From Candidatus Electronema halotolerans (GTDB taxonomy: Bacteria; Desulfobacterota; Desulfobulbia; Desulfobulbales; Desulfobulbaceae), in contig OW818675.1 in assembly GCA_942493095.1 (NCBI GenBank), forward strand, positions 1,680,001 through 1,712,000: a stretch of DNA of 32,000 nucleotides. The letters run 5' to 3'. This document shows positions 8,766 through 16,598 of the stretch, piece after piece. The translations under genes were made by a program, and so were the position numbers. Below the pieces are notes generated by a model, which was given only the letters and a program-made list of their open reading frames with translations, was not told the DNA's origin and did not search any database. Numbering within the stretch: the stretch's first letter is position 1; every line of letters begins with the position of its first letter.

Positions 8766-9742
8766 GCTTCTTCCTGCCTGCCCAGCACTTTGCGCACCAC
8801 GTAGATCGGCTTGTTCTGTGATTCGTGGTAGGTGCGCACTTGCAGCTCGCCGAGCAGGCCGATGGAGATGAACTGAATGCCCATGAAGATCAGCAGCACA
8901 GCCAGCAGGAGCAGAGGCCGGTCAGAGAGCGGCTTGTCAAAGAAGGTCCGCTGGATGGTCATCAGCAGGGCAAGAGCAAAGCCGAAACCGCCGCTGGCCA
9001 TGCCCAGCATCCCGAAAACATGAATGGGCCGGGTGGAAAAGGTGAGGAGGAATTTGACGGTCATCAGATCCAGAACCACCCGCAAGGTGCGGGAAATGCC
9101 GTACTTTGAGGTGCCGTGCAGCCGGGGCCGGTGATTGGCTTTGACCTCGGCGATGCGGCTGCCCACGCCGCTGGCAATGGCCGGAATAAAACGGTGCATT
9201 TCACCATAGAGATGAATGCCTTGGGTGATCTCCCGGCGGAAGGTCTTGAGGGTGCAGCCGTAGTCATGGAGATGCACGCCCGTGACCGTGGAAATGATCT
9301 TGTTGGCGATCATTGAAGGCAGACGGCGGTTGAGGAAAGGGTCCTGCCGCTTGTGCCGCCAGCCGCTGACCAAGTCGTAGCCTTCGGTCATCTTGGCCAA
9401 AAACATCGGGATGTCGTGCGGATCGTTCTGCATGTCGCCGTCCAAGGTGGCGATCACGTCACCAGAGGCGTAGTCAAAACCAGCAGACATGGCTGCGGTC
9501 TGGCCAAAGTTGCGGCGGAAGGAGATCACCACTACCTTGTCATCCTGCTGCTGAATGCTCTCCAGCAGGGCAAGGCTGCTGTCATGCGAGCCGTCATCAA
9601 CAAAGACGATTTCGTGCCCGCATTCAAGCGTGTTCAGCACGCCTTTCAGCTCTTCATAGAGCGGCCTGATGTTTTCTTCTTCGTTGTAGATGGGTATGAC
9701 GACGGAGAGTTTCATGATTGTAAGTTCCTGTTCAACGGGCAT
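8762..9742 (-). CDS. Polyprenyl-phosphate glycosyltransferase (GT2, GtrB/ArnC/DPM1-like) with two C-terminal TM helices
   Basis: KLSVVIPIYNEEENI....VFVDDGSHDSS, DGDMQNDP, and hydrophobic C-terminal segments (VFGMLGMASGGFGFALALLM and LLLLAVLLIFMGIQFISIGLL) are present. ATG 9742 overlaps the hisHF stop (TAATG). The ATG at 9715 (MKLSVVIP) is an equally typical start. Confidence 0.88.
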   Translation of the reverse strand: MPVEQELTIMKLSVVIPIYNEEENIRPLYEELKGVLNTLECGHEIVFVDDGSHDSSLALLESIQQQDDKVVVISFRRNFGQTAAMSAGFDYASGDVIATLDGDMQNDPHDIPMFLAKMTEGYDLVSGWRHKRQDPFLNRRLPSMIANKIISTVTGVHLHDYGCTLKTFRREITQGIHLYGEMHRFIPAIASGVGSRIAEVKANHRPRLHGTSKYGISRTLRVVLDLMTVKFLLTFSTRPIHVFGMLGMASGGFGFALALLMTIQRTFFDKPLSDRPLLLLAVLLIFMGIQFISIGLLGELQVRTYHESQNKPIYVVRKVLGRQEEA

Positions 9743-11328
9743 TATTGCATTGCTCCATCCTGCCGCACTTCCACCTTGCCGTGGAGAAATTCCTTCACCG
9801 CCGCAATCGGCACCTCCTTGCGGTGGAAGATGCCTGCTGCCAAGGCCGCATCCGCATTTGTCTCCTGAAAAACCTCCAAGAAGTGTTCCGCTTTGCCTGC
9901 GCCGCTGGAGGCAATCACCGGAATGCGCACGGCCTGCTTGACCGCCCGGATCAGCTCCAGATCAAAACCGGCATTGGTGCCGTCCCGATCTATGCAGTTG
10001 AGCAGGATTTCCCCTGCGCCGAGCTGCTCGCAGACCTTGGCCAAGGTGATCGCATCAAGGTCGCGGCCTTCGCGTCCGCCCTTGATGGTGCATTGATACC
10101 AGCAAAAACGCTCTCCTTGCGGGCCAAGCAACTTGGTCTCAATGACCGGGTGGCGCACTGCGTCTGGTGAATCCACATAGACCCGGCGCGGATCCACAGA
10201 AATCACAACCGCTTGGCTGCCATAAACACGGGCAATCTGCTCAATCGAGCTGAGACCGTTGCTCTTGCCGCGTTGTAAGACTTCCTCAACAATCAGGACT
10301 GCATCCGAGCCGATAGAGACTTTGTCTGCGCCGGAGCGGAAATATTCTGAAGCCACGGCCAAGGCAGAATGAAATTTGCCCTCGCAGTCGGTGAAATCAC
10401 GGATGCCGCCGCCAATAGTCAGCGGGACAAAGACGTTTTTCGAGGTTTCGCGCAAGACCTCCATCATGGGCATGTCTTGCAGTGGAAAGGCCCGGAATGC
10501 GGTGATATTGAGAAAGGTGATTTCATCCGCGCCCTGCTCGTAATACTCTTGCGCAAGCTGCACCGGCTTGCCGAGATTGCGGACATTGCCCTGCTCGCGC
10601 ACGTCATACTGGTCGCCCTTGGTTACGACCAAGTCGCCCTGATCGTTGGAGCGAACATCAAGGCAGGCGATGATCCGGGCGGCTAATTTGGTCGGCTGCG
10701 GGCAGGAATGCAAGGTCACTGTTTCCCGGCTGCTGTCGAGGAAATTTTCCAGCAAGCGCAGGCCCGCCTTGCCGCTTTTTTCCGGGTGAAATTGGGTAGC
10801 AATGACCTTGCCGCGATGAATCGAGCTGACAAACTCGCTGCCGTAGTCGGTATAAGTCAGGACATCGTCGCGGCTGGCCGGTTCGACATGATAGGAGTGG
10901 ACAAAGTAGAATTTTTCCTCTCCGCTCAGGCCATTGAAGAGCGGCGACGGCTGCGCGGCCCGAATGCCGTTCCAGCCGATATGCGGCACAGCCAGATCAG
11001 TTTGGAAACGTTTGACCCGGCCCGGCAGAAAGCCAAGGCCCGGCTCTTCCGGGGCCTCTTCGCTGCCCTCAAACAGGGCTTGCAGGGCGATGCAGATGCC
11101 GAAAAAGGGGCGGTCTGCCTCCAGATAGCGGAGCAGCGGTTCCACCAGTCCCTGTTCCTTGAGGCTGCGCATCATGGCCCCGAAATTGCCCACCCCAGGA
11201 AAGACCAGCCGTTCGGCTTGGTCAATGTCCGCAGGCGAGGCGACCTGCCGCACGGTTTCGCCAAGGGATTCCAAGGCATTCACCACAGAGCGCACGTTGC
11301 CTGCGCCGTAATCAAGCAGAGTAATCAT
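9742..11328 (-). CDS. hisHF: Fused imidazole glycerol phosphate synthase, glutaminase (HisH) plus cyclase (HisF) domains in one polypeptide (eukaryotic HIS7-type architecture)
   Basis: The N-terminal half has class I GATase motifs (LLDYGAGNVRSV, GICIALQ with the nucleophile Cys, ATQFHPEKSG). The C-terminal half has the HisF barrel (RIIACLDVR, VPLTIGGGIRD, GADKVSIGSDAV, GAGEILLNCIDRDGTNAGFDLELI, IPVIASSGAG). Confidence 0.93.
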   Translation of the reverse strand: MITLLDYGAGNVRSVVNALESLGETVRQVASPADIDQAERLVFPGVGNFGAMMRSLKEQGLVEPLLRYLEADRPFFGICIALQALFEGSEEAPEEPGLGFLPGRVKRFQTDLAVPHIGWNGIRAAQPSPLFNGLSGEEKFYFVHSYHVEPASRDDVLTYTDYGSEFVSSIHRGKVIATQFHPEKSGKAGLRLLENFLDSSRETVTLHSCPQPTKLAARIIACLDVRSNDQGDLVVTKGDQYDVREQGNVRNLGKPVQLAQEYYEQGADEITFLNITAFRAFPLQDMPMMEVLRETSKNVFVPLTIGGGIRDFTDCEGKFHSALAVASEYFRSGADKVSIGSDAVLIVEEVLQRGKSNGLSSIEQIARVYGSQAVVISVDPRRVYVDSPDAVRHPVIETKLLGPQGERFCWYQCTIKGGREGRDLDAITLAKVCEQLGAGEILLNCIDRDGTNAGFDLELIRAVKQAVRIPVIASSGAGKAEHFLEVFQETNADAALAAGIFHRKEVPIAAVKEFLHGKVEVRQDGAMQ

Positions 11329-11346
11329 AGTCGTTTTGAATTTGAG

Positions 11347-14300
11347 TCAGTTGCCGAGCAGCAGCCGCAGGACCGCAGGCAGGGATTCACCTGTGCTGGA
11401 CAGGGTCTCGCAGGCATCGCCGATACCGTCGCCGTCCTGATAGCCGTTTTCGTCTTCTTGGTTTGGATTGGCGACAAGGGGGCAGTTGTCTGCGGTATCG
11501 ACAATGCCATCATTGTCGTCATCAGTATCGGCATTATCGCCCTGGCCGTCGCCGTCCGTGTCTGACCATTCTGATGCGTCTAATGGAAATGCGTCTTTGC
11601 TGTCGGCAACGCCGTCATTATCATCGTCCAGATCAGCGTTGTTGCCGATGCCGTCTTTGTCAGTATCCAGCCATTCTGTTGCGTCTAATGGAAATGCGTC
11701 CTCGTCGTCAGCAATGCCGTCATTGTCGTCATCCAAATCAGCGTTGTTGCCAATGCCGTCGCCGTCAGTGTCAGACCATTCTGATGCGTCTAATGGAAAT
11801 GCGTCTTTGCTGTCGGCAACGCCGTCATTGTCATCGTCCAGATCAGCGTTGTTGCCAATACCGTCGTTGTCGGTGTCCAGCCATTCGCTGGGATCCTCTG
11901 GGAAAGCGTCCTCGTCGTCCAAAACGCCGTCGCCGTCACTATCAGTAAGTATCCATCTGTTCGGGTCTAAAGGATACGCATCCACGTTGTCTTTGACGCT
12001 GTCGCCGTCATAATCAACAAAGGATGAATTGTCGGGGTCAGATAAGGTGAAGGGCTTGAGTTGGTGGTTGAAGAGTTTGGTGACTGCCACTGCTGTGGTG
12101 AAATTGGTCATGCTCGGATTGTTGAGTACCAATTCGTTGAAATGGGACATCCCCTCTCCGCCAGCATATTGAAATGAGACGATTTGCGGGCCGCTGCCTG
12201 AAAGCAGCACTTTGTGCATCCCGGAAGCGTCAAAGTTTTTGTAGGCATAATTGTCTGATTTTTGAATAAAATTTCCCTTCAGTTCCAAAATGCCTGCGGT
12301 GAGATAGCTCTCATGATAAGAATCGCTGGACATGATAAAATCGCCCTCAACCAGAACATGGTCAGACTCATTCGTCATGTTCAGCAGGCCACAATTGTAC
12401 ATGTAGCCGTCAACTTCCCTGCCTTCCAGCCGGTAGTCGCCTTTGACGATCAGCCTGCCGCCGTTCACCTTCAGCTCGCCGCCGGATTGAACGAGGTCGC
12501 CTTCCACGGTCAGCGTGTGGCCGTTCAAATTGAGTGTCGCGGCATAAAGCCATAAGGCCGATTCTTCTGAAGGCGCAACCGTCATATCCATAGACAAAAT
12601 GAAATCAACCGTGCCGATATTCACATTGCCCAGCGGCAGCCCTTCGCCGCTGTACGTAACAGCAGGCCAGCAAGGGCTGAAAGTGATCTTCGTCGGGTCA
12701 GGGTTGGTTATCTCCAGAATGTTGAAATGGGACATCCCTTCTCCGCCAGAATATTGAAAGGAGACGTTCTGCGGGCCGCTGCCTGAAAGCAGCACTTTGT
12801 GCATCCCGGAAGCGTCAAAGTTTTTGTAGGCATAATTGTCTGATTTTTGAATAAAATTTCCCTTCAGTTCCAAAATGCCTGCGGTGAGATAGCTCTCATG
12901 ATAAGAATCGCTGGACATGATAAAATCGCCCTCAACCAGAACATGGTCAGACTCATTCGTCATGTTCAGCAGGCCACAATTGTACATGTAGCCGTCAACT
13001 TCCCTGCCTTCCAGCCGGTAGTCGCCTTTGACGATCAGCCTGCCGCCGTTCACCTTCAGCTCGCCGCCGGATTGAACGAGGTCGCCTTCCACGGTCAGCG
13101 TGTGGCCGTTCAAATTGAGTGTCGCGGCATAAAGCCATAAGGCCGATTCTTCTGAAGGCGCAACCGTCATATCCATAGACAAAATGAAATCAACCGTGCC
13201 GATATTCACATTGCCCAGCGGCAGCCCTTCGCCGCTGTACGTAACAGCAGGCCAGCAAGGGCTGAAAGTGATCTTCGTCGGGTCAGGGTTGGTTATCTCC
13301 AGAATGTTGAAATGGGACATCCCTTCTCCGCCAGAATATTGAAAGGAGACGTTCTGCGGGCCGCTGCCTGAAAGCAGCACTTTGTGCATCCCGGAAGCGT
13401 CAAAGTTTTTGTAGGCATAATTGTCTGATTTTTGAATAAAATTTCCCTTCAGTTCCAAAATGCCTGCGGTGAGATAGCTCTCATGATAAGAATCGCTGGA
13501 CATGATAAAATCGCCCTCAACCAGAACATGGTCAGACTCATTCGTCATGTTCAGCAGGCCACAATTGTACATGTAGCCGTCAACTTCCCTGCCTTCCAGC
13601 CGGTAGTCGCCTTTGACGATCAGCCTGCCGCCGTTCACCTTCAGCTCGCCGCCGGATTGGATAAGATTACCCATTATTATCAAAGTACTTCCATTCAAAT
13701 CAAGTGTCCCGCTCTCGATATAAAAATTACCTTGCACAATAATTTCATCATCATAAAGGGAGACATTTGGAGAACCTTTCAAGGTGACATTTGCCCAATA
13801 CATCCTGTCCAGCACAAAATCATTTTGCCATTCTCCTGATGAATTCTGTACTGGTTCAAAGACGATAGACTTCGTAATGCCCTCAATTCCCGGCTTGGTC
13901 GGATCAGTTTCATGCTGATATTCAAACAGATTGTCAACATTGTCACCGTCCGGGTCATCAGCAGCGGATTGCGCAGATATATCACCAAAAAAGTGCTCCT
14001 CCCATGAATCAGGCAAACCATCGTCATCAAGATCATTGAGATTGACGAGCTTTCTTGTAAGTTCCGCTGAAGACCTGCTGCCTTCGGTGACAGAAATGCC
14101 TGATGCTTCCACAGTCAAACTGACATCTCTGTTGCCGCCAAGCACCCACATCAAATCCCAGCCATTGACAGCGACGCTGTACGTCCGGCAATCACCATCA
14201 ACAGTTTCTGGTTCAGAAAGTCTGAAAGAGGTGCTTTGATACTTGCTGTCAGCATCTTCCGCTTTCTTGTACCAAATGTATCCTCCTGATGTTTCATCAC

Positions 14301-15618
14301 CGCATATCTGCAAATTTAAAGAAAATTCTTCAGAATTCCATGCAGCAGGCGGCGAGAGCACTGTAACAGAACTTATTTCAGGAAGGAAAATGAGATAATC
14401 AGCAGCATATTTGCGCTGCTCGTCACCATAATCTACAATAACATTCAGCGATGCTGATGATTTCAATTGAGGGTATGCGGCAAGATCAAAAATGAAACTT
14501 TCAGGTATTTCCGTCCCGGAAATATTCGTTCTGTTGCTGATCGCATCAGGGTAGGACGTGAAAATATCTGTTCCGTTATAGTTAAACGTAATGCTCTTCG
14601 GCTGGCCAAGCTCGGCATTATTGATAATATTTTCAGGAATTGCTATTTGATAGCGATTCAGCGTCGTGCGGTTTATCTCTGATTGAAAATCATACAGCGG
14701 CTCTGATGGAGCAGCAAGATCAGCATCCGTGATTAGATCATAATATTGATCCGCTGAGAAAAGTTTCCGAACAATTGGCTTGTTCCAGAATCCTTCGGTA
14801 TCTTTTGAATATACATTAAGTTTTTTAAAATTCTCGTAGGTGCTGTCATTGATAATATTCGCTTCTTTCCATTTTCTGACAATGAAATCTTGCAGAACTA
14901 TCTTGGCCCATAAACCATTTGCCAAATTATCGGCCTGCTCATCTGCAACATTTTTTTGGGTCAGATACAGCAGAGCGTCAAAGGCTTTTGCTGCATCCTC
15001 TGTTCTTCCAGAAAGATATGCTTCTTTAACTGTTTTTGTAAATTCATAGATATGAGAAAATGCCTCGCCATCAATTGCATCAAGCATGGCCTGCAACTTG
15101 CCAGCTCGCCTGCCTGCACCATAAAGAAGCGCATTTTTGATGATTATTTTTCTTTTCGCACCTTTTATCAATGCTGAAAGTTCCTGAGCTGCTTTCGGTG
15201 CATCTGAAGCTATTTTTGCAAAATCACCAGCAAGACTGGCAACAGCTATAATAGCATTACCTGTATCAACAACTTTCACTATGCCATTCAGCGAGCTGGC
15301 CAAGCCAAGGCGTGACTTGATGACAGGATGCTCGTACATCAGGTCAACCATATCGGTTAAAGCATCTATGTCTGTCAGATCGACCGTACCAGAACTTTCT
15401 GCATCAATGATTGCGTAAACATTATCAAACTGCATGAATGCGCTATTAGAAAGACTGGAAATTGTCTGTTGCGAAACATCATGAAAGGCATCAAGCTCCA
15501 TTGACAAAAAATCAAGAGCAACGCCTACAGGTTGCTTAAATCCAGCCGTAGCTGGAACTACTCTTGACAAAATCAAGATCAACGCAAGAGCAAAAAGTCT
15601 TTTTTTACTGACTATCAT
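11347..15618 (-). CDS. 1423-aa secreted repeat protein: signal peptide, unknown N-terminal region, three 195-aa beta-helix-like units, thrombospondin type 3 (Ca-binding) repeat array
   Basis: The N-terminus MIVSKKRLFALALILILSRVVPATA looks like a signal peptide. An internal DDDGLPDSWEE...DPDGDNVDNLFEY motif is present. Three units share GxLxVNGGRLIVKGDYRLEG. The C-terminal array reads DTDGDGIGNNADLDDDNDG and ends in NCPLVANPNQEDENGYQDGDGIGDACE. Confidence 0.85.
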   Translation of the reverse strand: MIVSKKRLFALALILILSRVVPATAGFKQPVGVALDFLSMELDAFHDVSQQTISSLSNSAFMQFDNVYAIIDAESSGTVDLTDIDALTDMVDLMYEHPVIKSRLGLASSLNGIVKVVDTGNAIIAVASLAGDFAKIASDAPKAAQELSALIKGAKRKIIIKNALLYGAGRRAGKLQAMLDAIDGEAFSHIYEFTKTVKEAYLSGRTEDAAKAFDALLYLTQKNVADEQADNLANGLWAKIVLQDFIVRKWKEANIINDSTYENFKKLNVYSKDTEGFWNKPIVRKLFSADQYYDLITDADLAAPSEPLYDFQSEINRTTLNRYQIAIPENIINNAELGQPKSITFNYNGTDIFTSYPDAISNRTNISGTEIPESFIFDLAAYPQLKSSASLNVIVDYGDEQRKYAADYLIFLPEISSVTVLSPPAAWNSEEFSLNLQICGDETSGGYIWYKKAEDADSKYQSTSFRLSEPETVDGDCRTYSVAVNGWDLMWVLGGNRDVSLTVEASGISVTEGSRSSAELTRKLVNLNDLDDDGLPDSWEEHFFGDISAQSAADDPDGDNVDNLFEYQHETDPTKPGIEGITKSIVFEPVQNSSGEWQNDFVLDRMYWANVTLKGSPNVSLYDDEIIVQGNFYIESGTLDLNGSTLIIMGNLIQSGGELKVNGGRLIVKGDYRLEGREVDGYMYNCGLLNMTNESDHVLVEGDFIMSSDSYHESYLTAGILELKGNFIQKSDNYAYKNFDASGMHKVLLSGSGPQNVSFQYSGGEGMSHFNILEITNPDPTKITFSPCWPAVTYSGEGLPLGNVNIGTVDFILSMDMTVAPSEESALWLYAATLNLNGHTLTVEGDLVQSGGELKVNGGRLIVKGDYRLEGREVDGYMYNCGLLNMTNESDHVLVEGDFIMSSDSYHESYLTAGILELKGNFIQKSDNYAYKNFDASGMHKVLLSGSGPQNVSFQYSGGEGMSHFNILEITNPDPTKITFSPCWPAVTYSGEGLPLGNVNIGTVDFILSMDMTVAPSEESALWLYAATLNLNGHTLTVEGDLVQSGGELKVNGGRLIVKGDYRLEGREVDGYMYNCGLLNMTNESDHVLVEGDFIMSSDSYHESYLTAGILELKGNFIQKSDNYAYKNFDASGMHKVLLSGSGPQIVSFQYAGGEGMSHFNELVLNNPSMTNFTTAVAVTKLFNHQLKPFTLSDPDNSSFVDYDGDSVKDNVDAYPLDPNRWILTDSDGDGVLDDEDAFPEDPSEWLDTDNDGIGNNADLDDDNDGVADSKDAFPLDASEWSDTDGDGIGNNADLDDDNDGIADDEDAFPLDATEWLDTDKDGIGNNADLDDDNDGVADSKDAFPLDASEWSDTDGDGQGDNADTDDDNDGIVDTADNCPLVANPNQEDENGYQDGDGIGDACETLSSTGESLPAVLRLLLGN
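11410..12010 (-). repeat. Array of thrombospondin type 3-like Ca-binding repeats (about 40 aa / 120 bp, with a 240-bp higher-order period)
   Basis: The block tcagaccattctgatgcgtctaatggaaatgcgtctttgctgtcggcaacgccgtcatt...gatcagcgttgttgcc recurs near 11559 and 11769. The encoded units alternate between SKDAFPLDASEWSDTDGDG and DEDAFPLDATEWLDTDKDG. Confidence 0.8.
12136..13659 (-). repeat. Tandem direct repeat, unit 585 bp (195 codons, in frame), 2.6 copies, essentially 100% identical
   Basis: Units start at 12136, 12721 and 13306. Five substitutions occur in the first ~50 nt of unit 1. From 12186 to 13659 every stretch I compared is identical at the +585 offset. The antisense ORFs 12262..12555 and 12847..13140 have identical translations. 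Confidence 0.95.
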
Positions 15619-15654
15619 TTGTGCTTACCATATTGATTCGTAATAACAAAAAGA

Positions 15655-15670
15655 TGCTGTTTCTCTGCCA
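15655..15670 (-). promoter_or_regulatory. Weak candidate sigma54 (-24/-12) promoter upstream of the giant gene
   Basis: The minus strand reads TGGCAG-AGAAA-CAGCA, with GG and GC at the canonical spacing of TGGCAC-N5-TTGCA. It lies about 37 nt upstream of ATG 15618. The -12 element is imperfect. Confidence 0.2.
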
Positions 15671-15758
15671 TCAACCTGCGACGCACTTTCTCGCATCAAC
15701 AGACAGCAGCCTTACCCCATTCCGCAGCTTTTGGCAAGAAATTAAAGCAGCAAACCGC

Positions 15759-16598
15759 TCAGGACTCCTGCAAAATTGCCTGCACCTCATCCTCAGCCAG
15801 CCCGACAAGCGCAGCAATGGCCGCCGCATCCATGCCCATCTGCTGGGCTTGCAGCACCGTCTTGCGCTGCTGGGCCAATATTCCCTCTTTCAGCCCGGCT
15901 TGTCTGCCTGCTTCCAAACCTTCGGCGGTAAAGCGTTCCTTGGCCTTTTCCCATGCCGCCTCATCCTTGATTTCTGCCAGCACGGACGGATCAACAGTCT
16001 GCCGCCGCATCTCCTCAATCAGCTTGCGGAACATGTCATCACTGCCGCTGCTCTCCTCCATTTTGCCATCCAATGAATCCGCAATAAAATCAAGCCAGCG
16101 GCGCACCGCAGGCGGCGTGTGCGGCCCGGACTGCGGCGGCGACAGAAAGACTAAACGGTGCGGATATACAGCAACCCTGTTTCCTTGCTCATCCACCGGA
16201 CTGAAATCGCTCACCGCACAGCTAAAGTTCACGCTGCCGTCACGCAGCACACTGGTCAGCACCACAATGGTGAAAACAGTGCGTTCAAAACAGTAGGCAG
16301 CAAAGCCACGCACCTGCTCGGCCATGCTGATCAGATGATAGTAGAGAAAGCGGTCAAAAAAATCCTCCTCCTTCACATGCTGAATCTCCACAATGATGCG
16401 CCGTGCCGCATCCTCGGCAAAAAGATCATAGCGGCTGCGGACAAAGCCTATCGGTTCCGGGTATTCGTAGTCGGTATGCACCTTGTCGATATTCAGTTCC
16501 AAGCCGAGCACGTCCTGAGCAAAACGGCTGAACACCTCTGGCTGACTGAAAATCCGTTTAAACGCTGCACCGTATTTCAGCGGAATCACATCAATCAT
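15759..16598 (-). CDS. PD-(D/E)XK nuclease family putative transposase (Rpn/YhgA-like)
   Basis: The N-terminus IPLKYGAAFKRIFSQPEVF..FAQDVLG and the core RYDLFAEDAARRIIVEIQHVKEEDFFDRFLYY (D...E-x-Q PD-(D/E)XK motif) are typical of this family. Confidence 0.8.
   Translation of the reverse strand: MIDVIPLKYGAAFKRIFSQPEVFSRFAQDVLGLELNIDKVHTDYEYPEPIGFVRSRYDLFAEDAARRIIVEIQHVKEEDFFDRFLYYHLISMAEQVRGFAAYCFERTVFTIVVLTSVLRDGSVNFSCAVSDFSPVDEQGNRVAVYPHRLVFLSPPQSGPHTPPAVRRWLDFIADSLDGKMEESSGSDDMFRKLIEEMRRQTVDPSVLAEIKDEAAWEKAKERFTAEGLEAGRQAGLKEGILAQQRKTVLQAQQMGMDAAAIAALVGLAEDEVQAILQES

Noticed and set aside
10708-11565. 285-aa plus-strand ORF opposite hisHF and the end of the giant gene
   Set aside because: It is antisense to a strongly supported CDS, spans an intergenic gap and has no family resemblance.
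11463-12013. Plus-strand ORFs with striking periodic Cys/Arg-rich (CRQRRH...) and Ser-rich translations
   Set aside because: They are antisense or out-of-frame read-throughs of the TSP3 repeat array. Their periodicity simply mirrors the 120/240-bp DNA repeat, and the minus-strand frame gives a recognisable Ca-binding motif.
12136-13659. Possible CRISPR array or IS copies suggested by the three identical blocks
   Set aside because: The units are 585 bp, directly abutting with no spacers, and in frame inside one long CDS. They encode a repeated protein module. I see no terminal inverted repeats or transposase.
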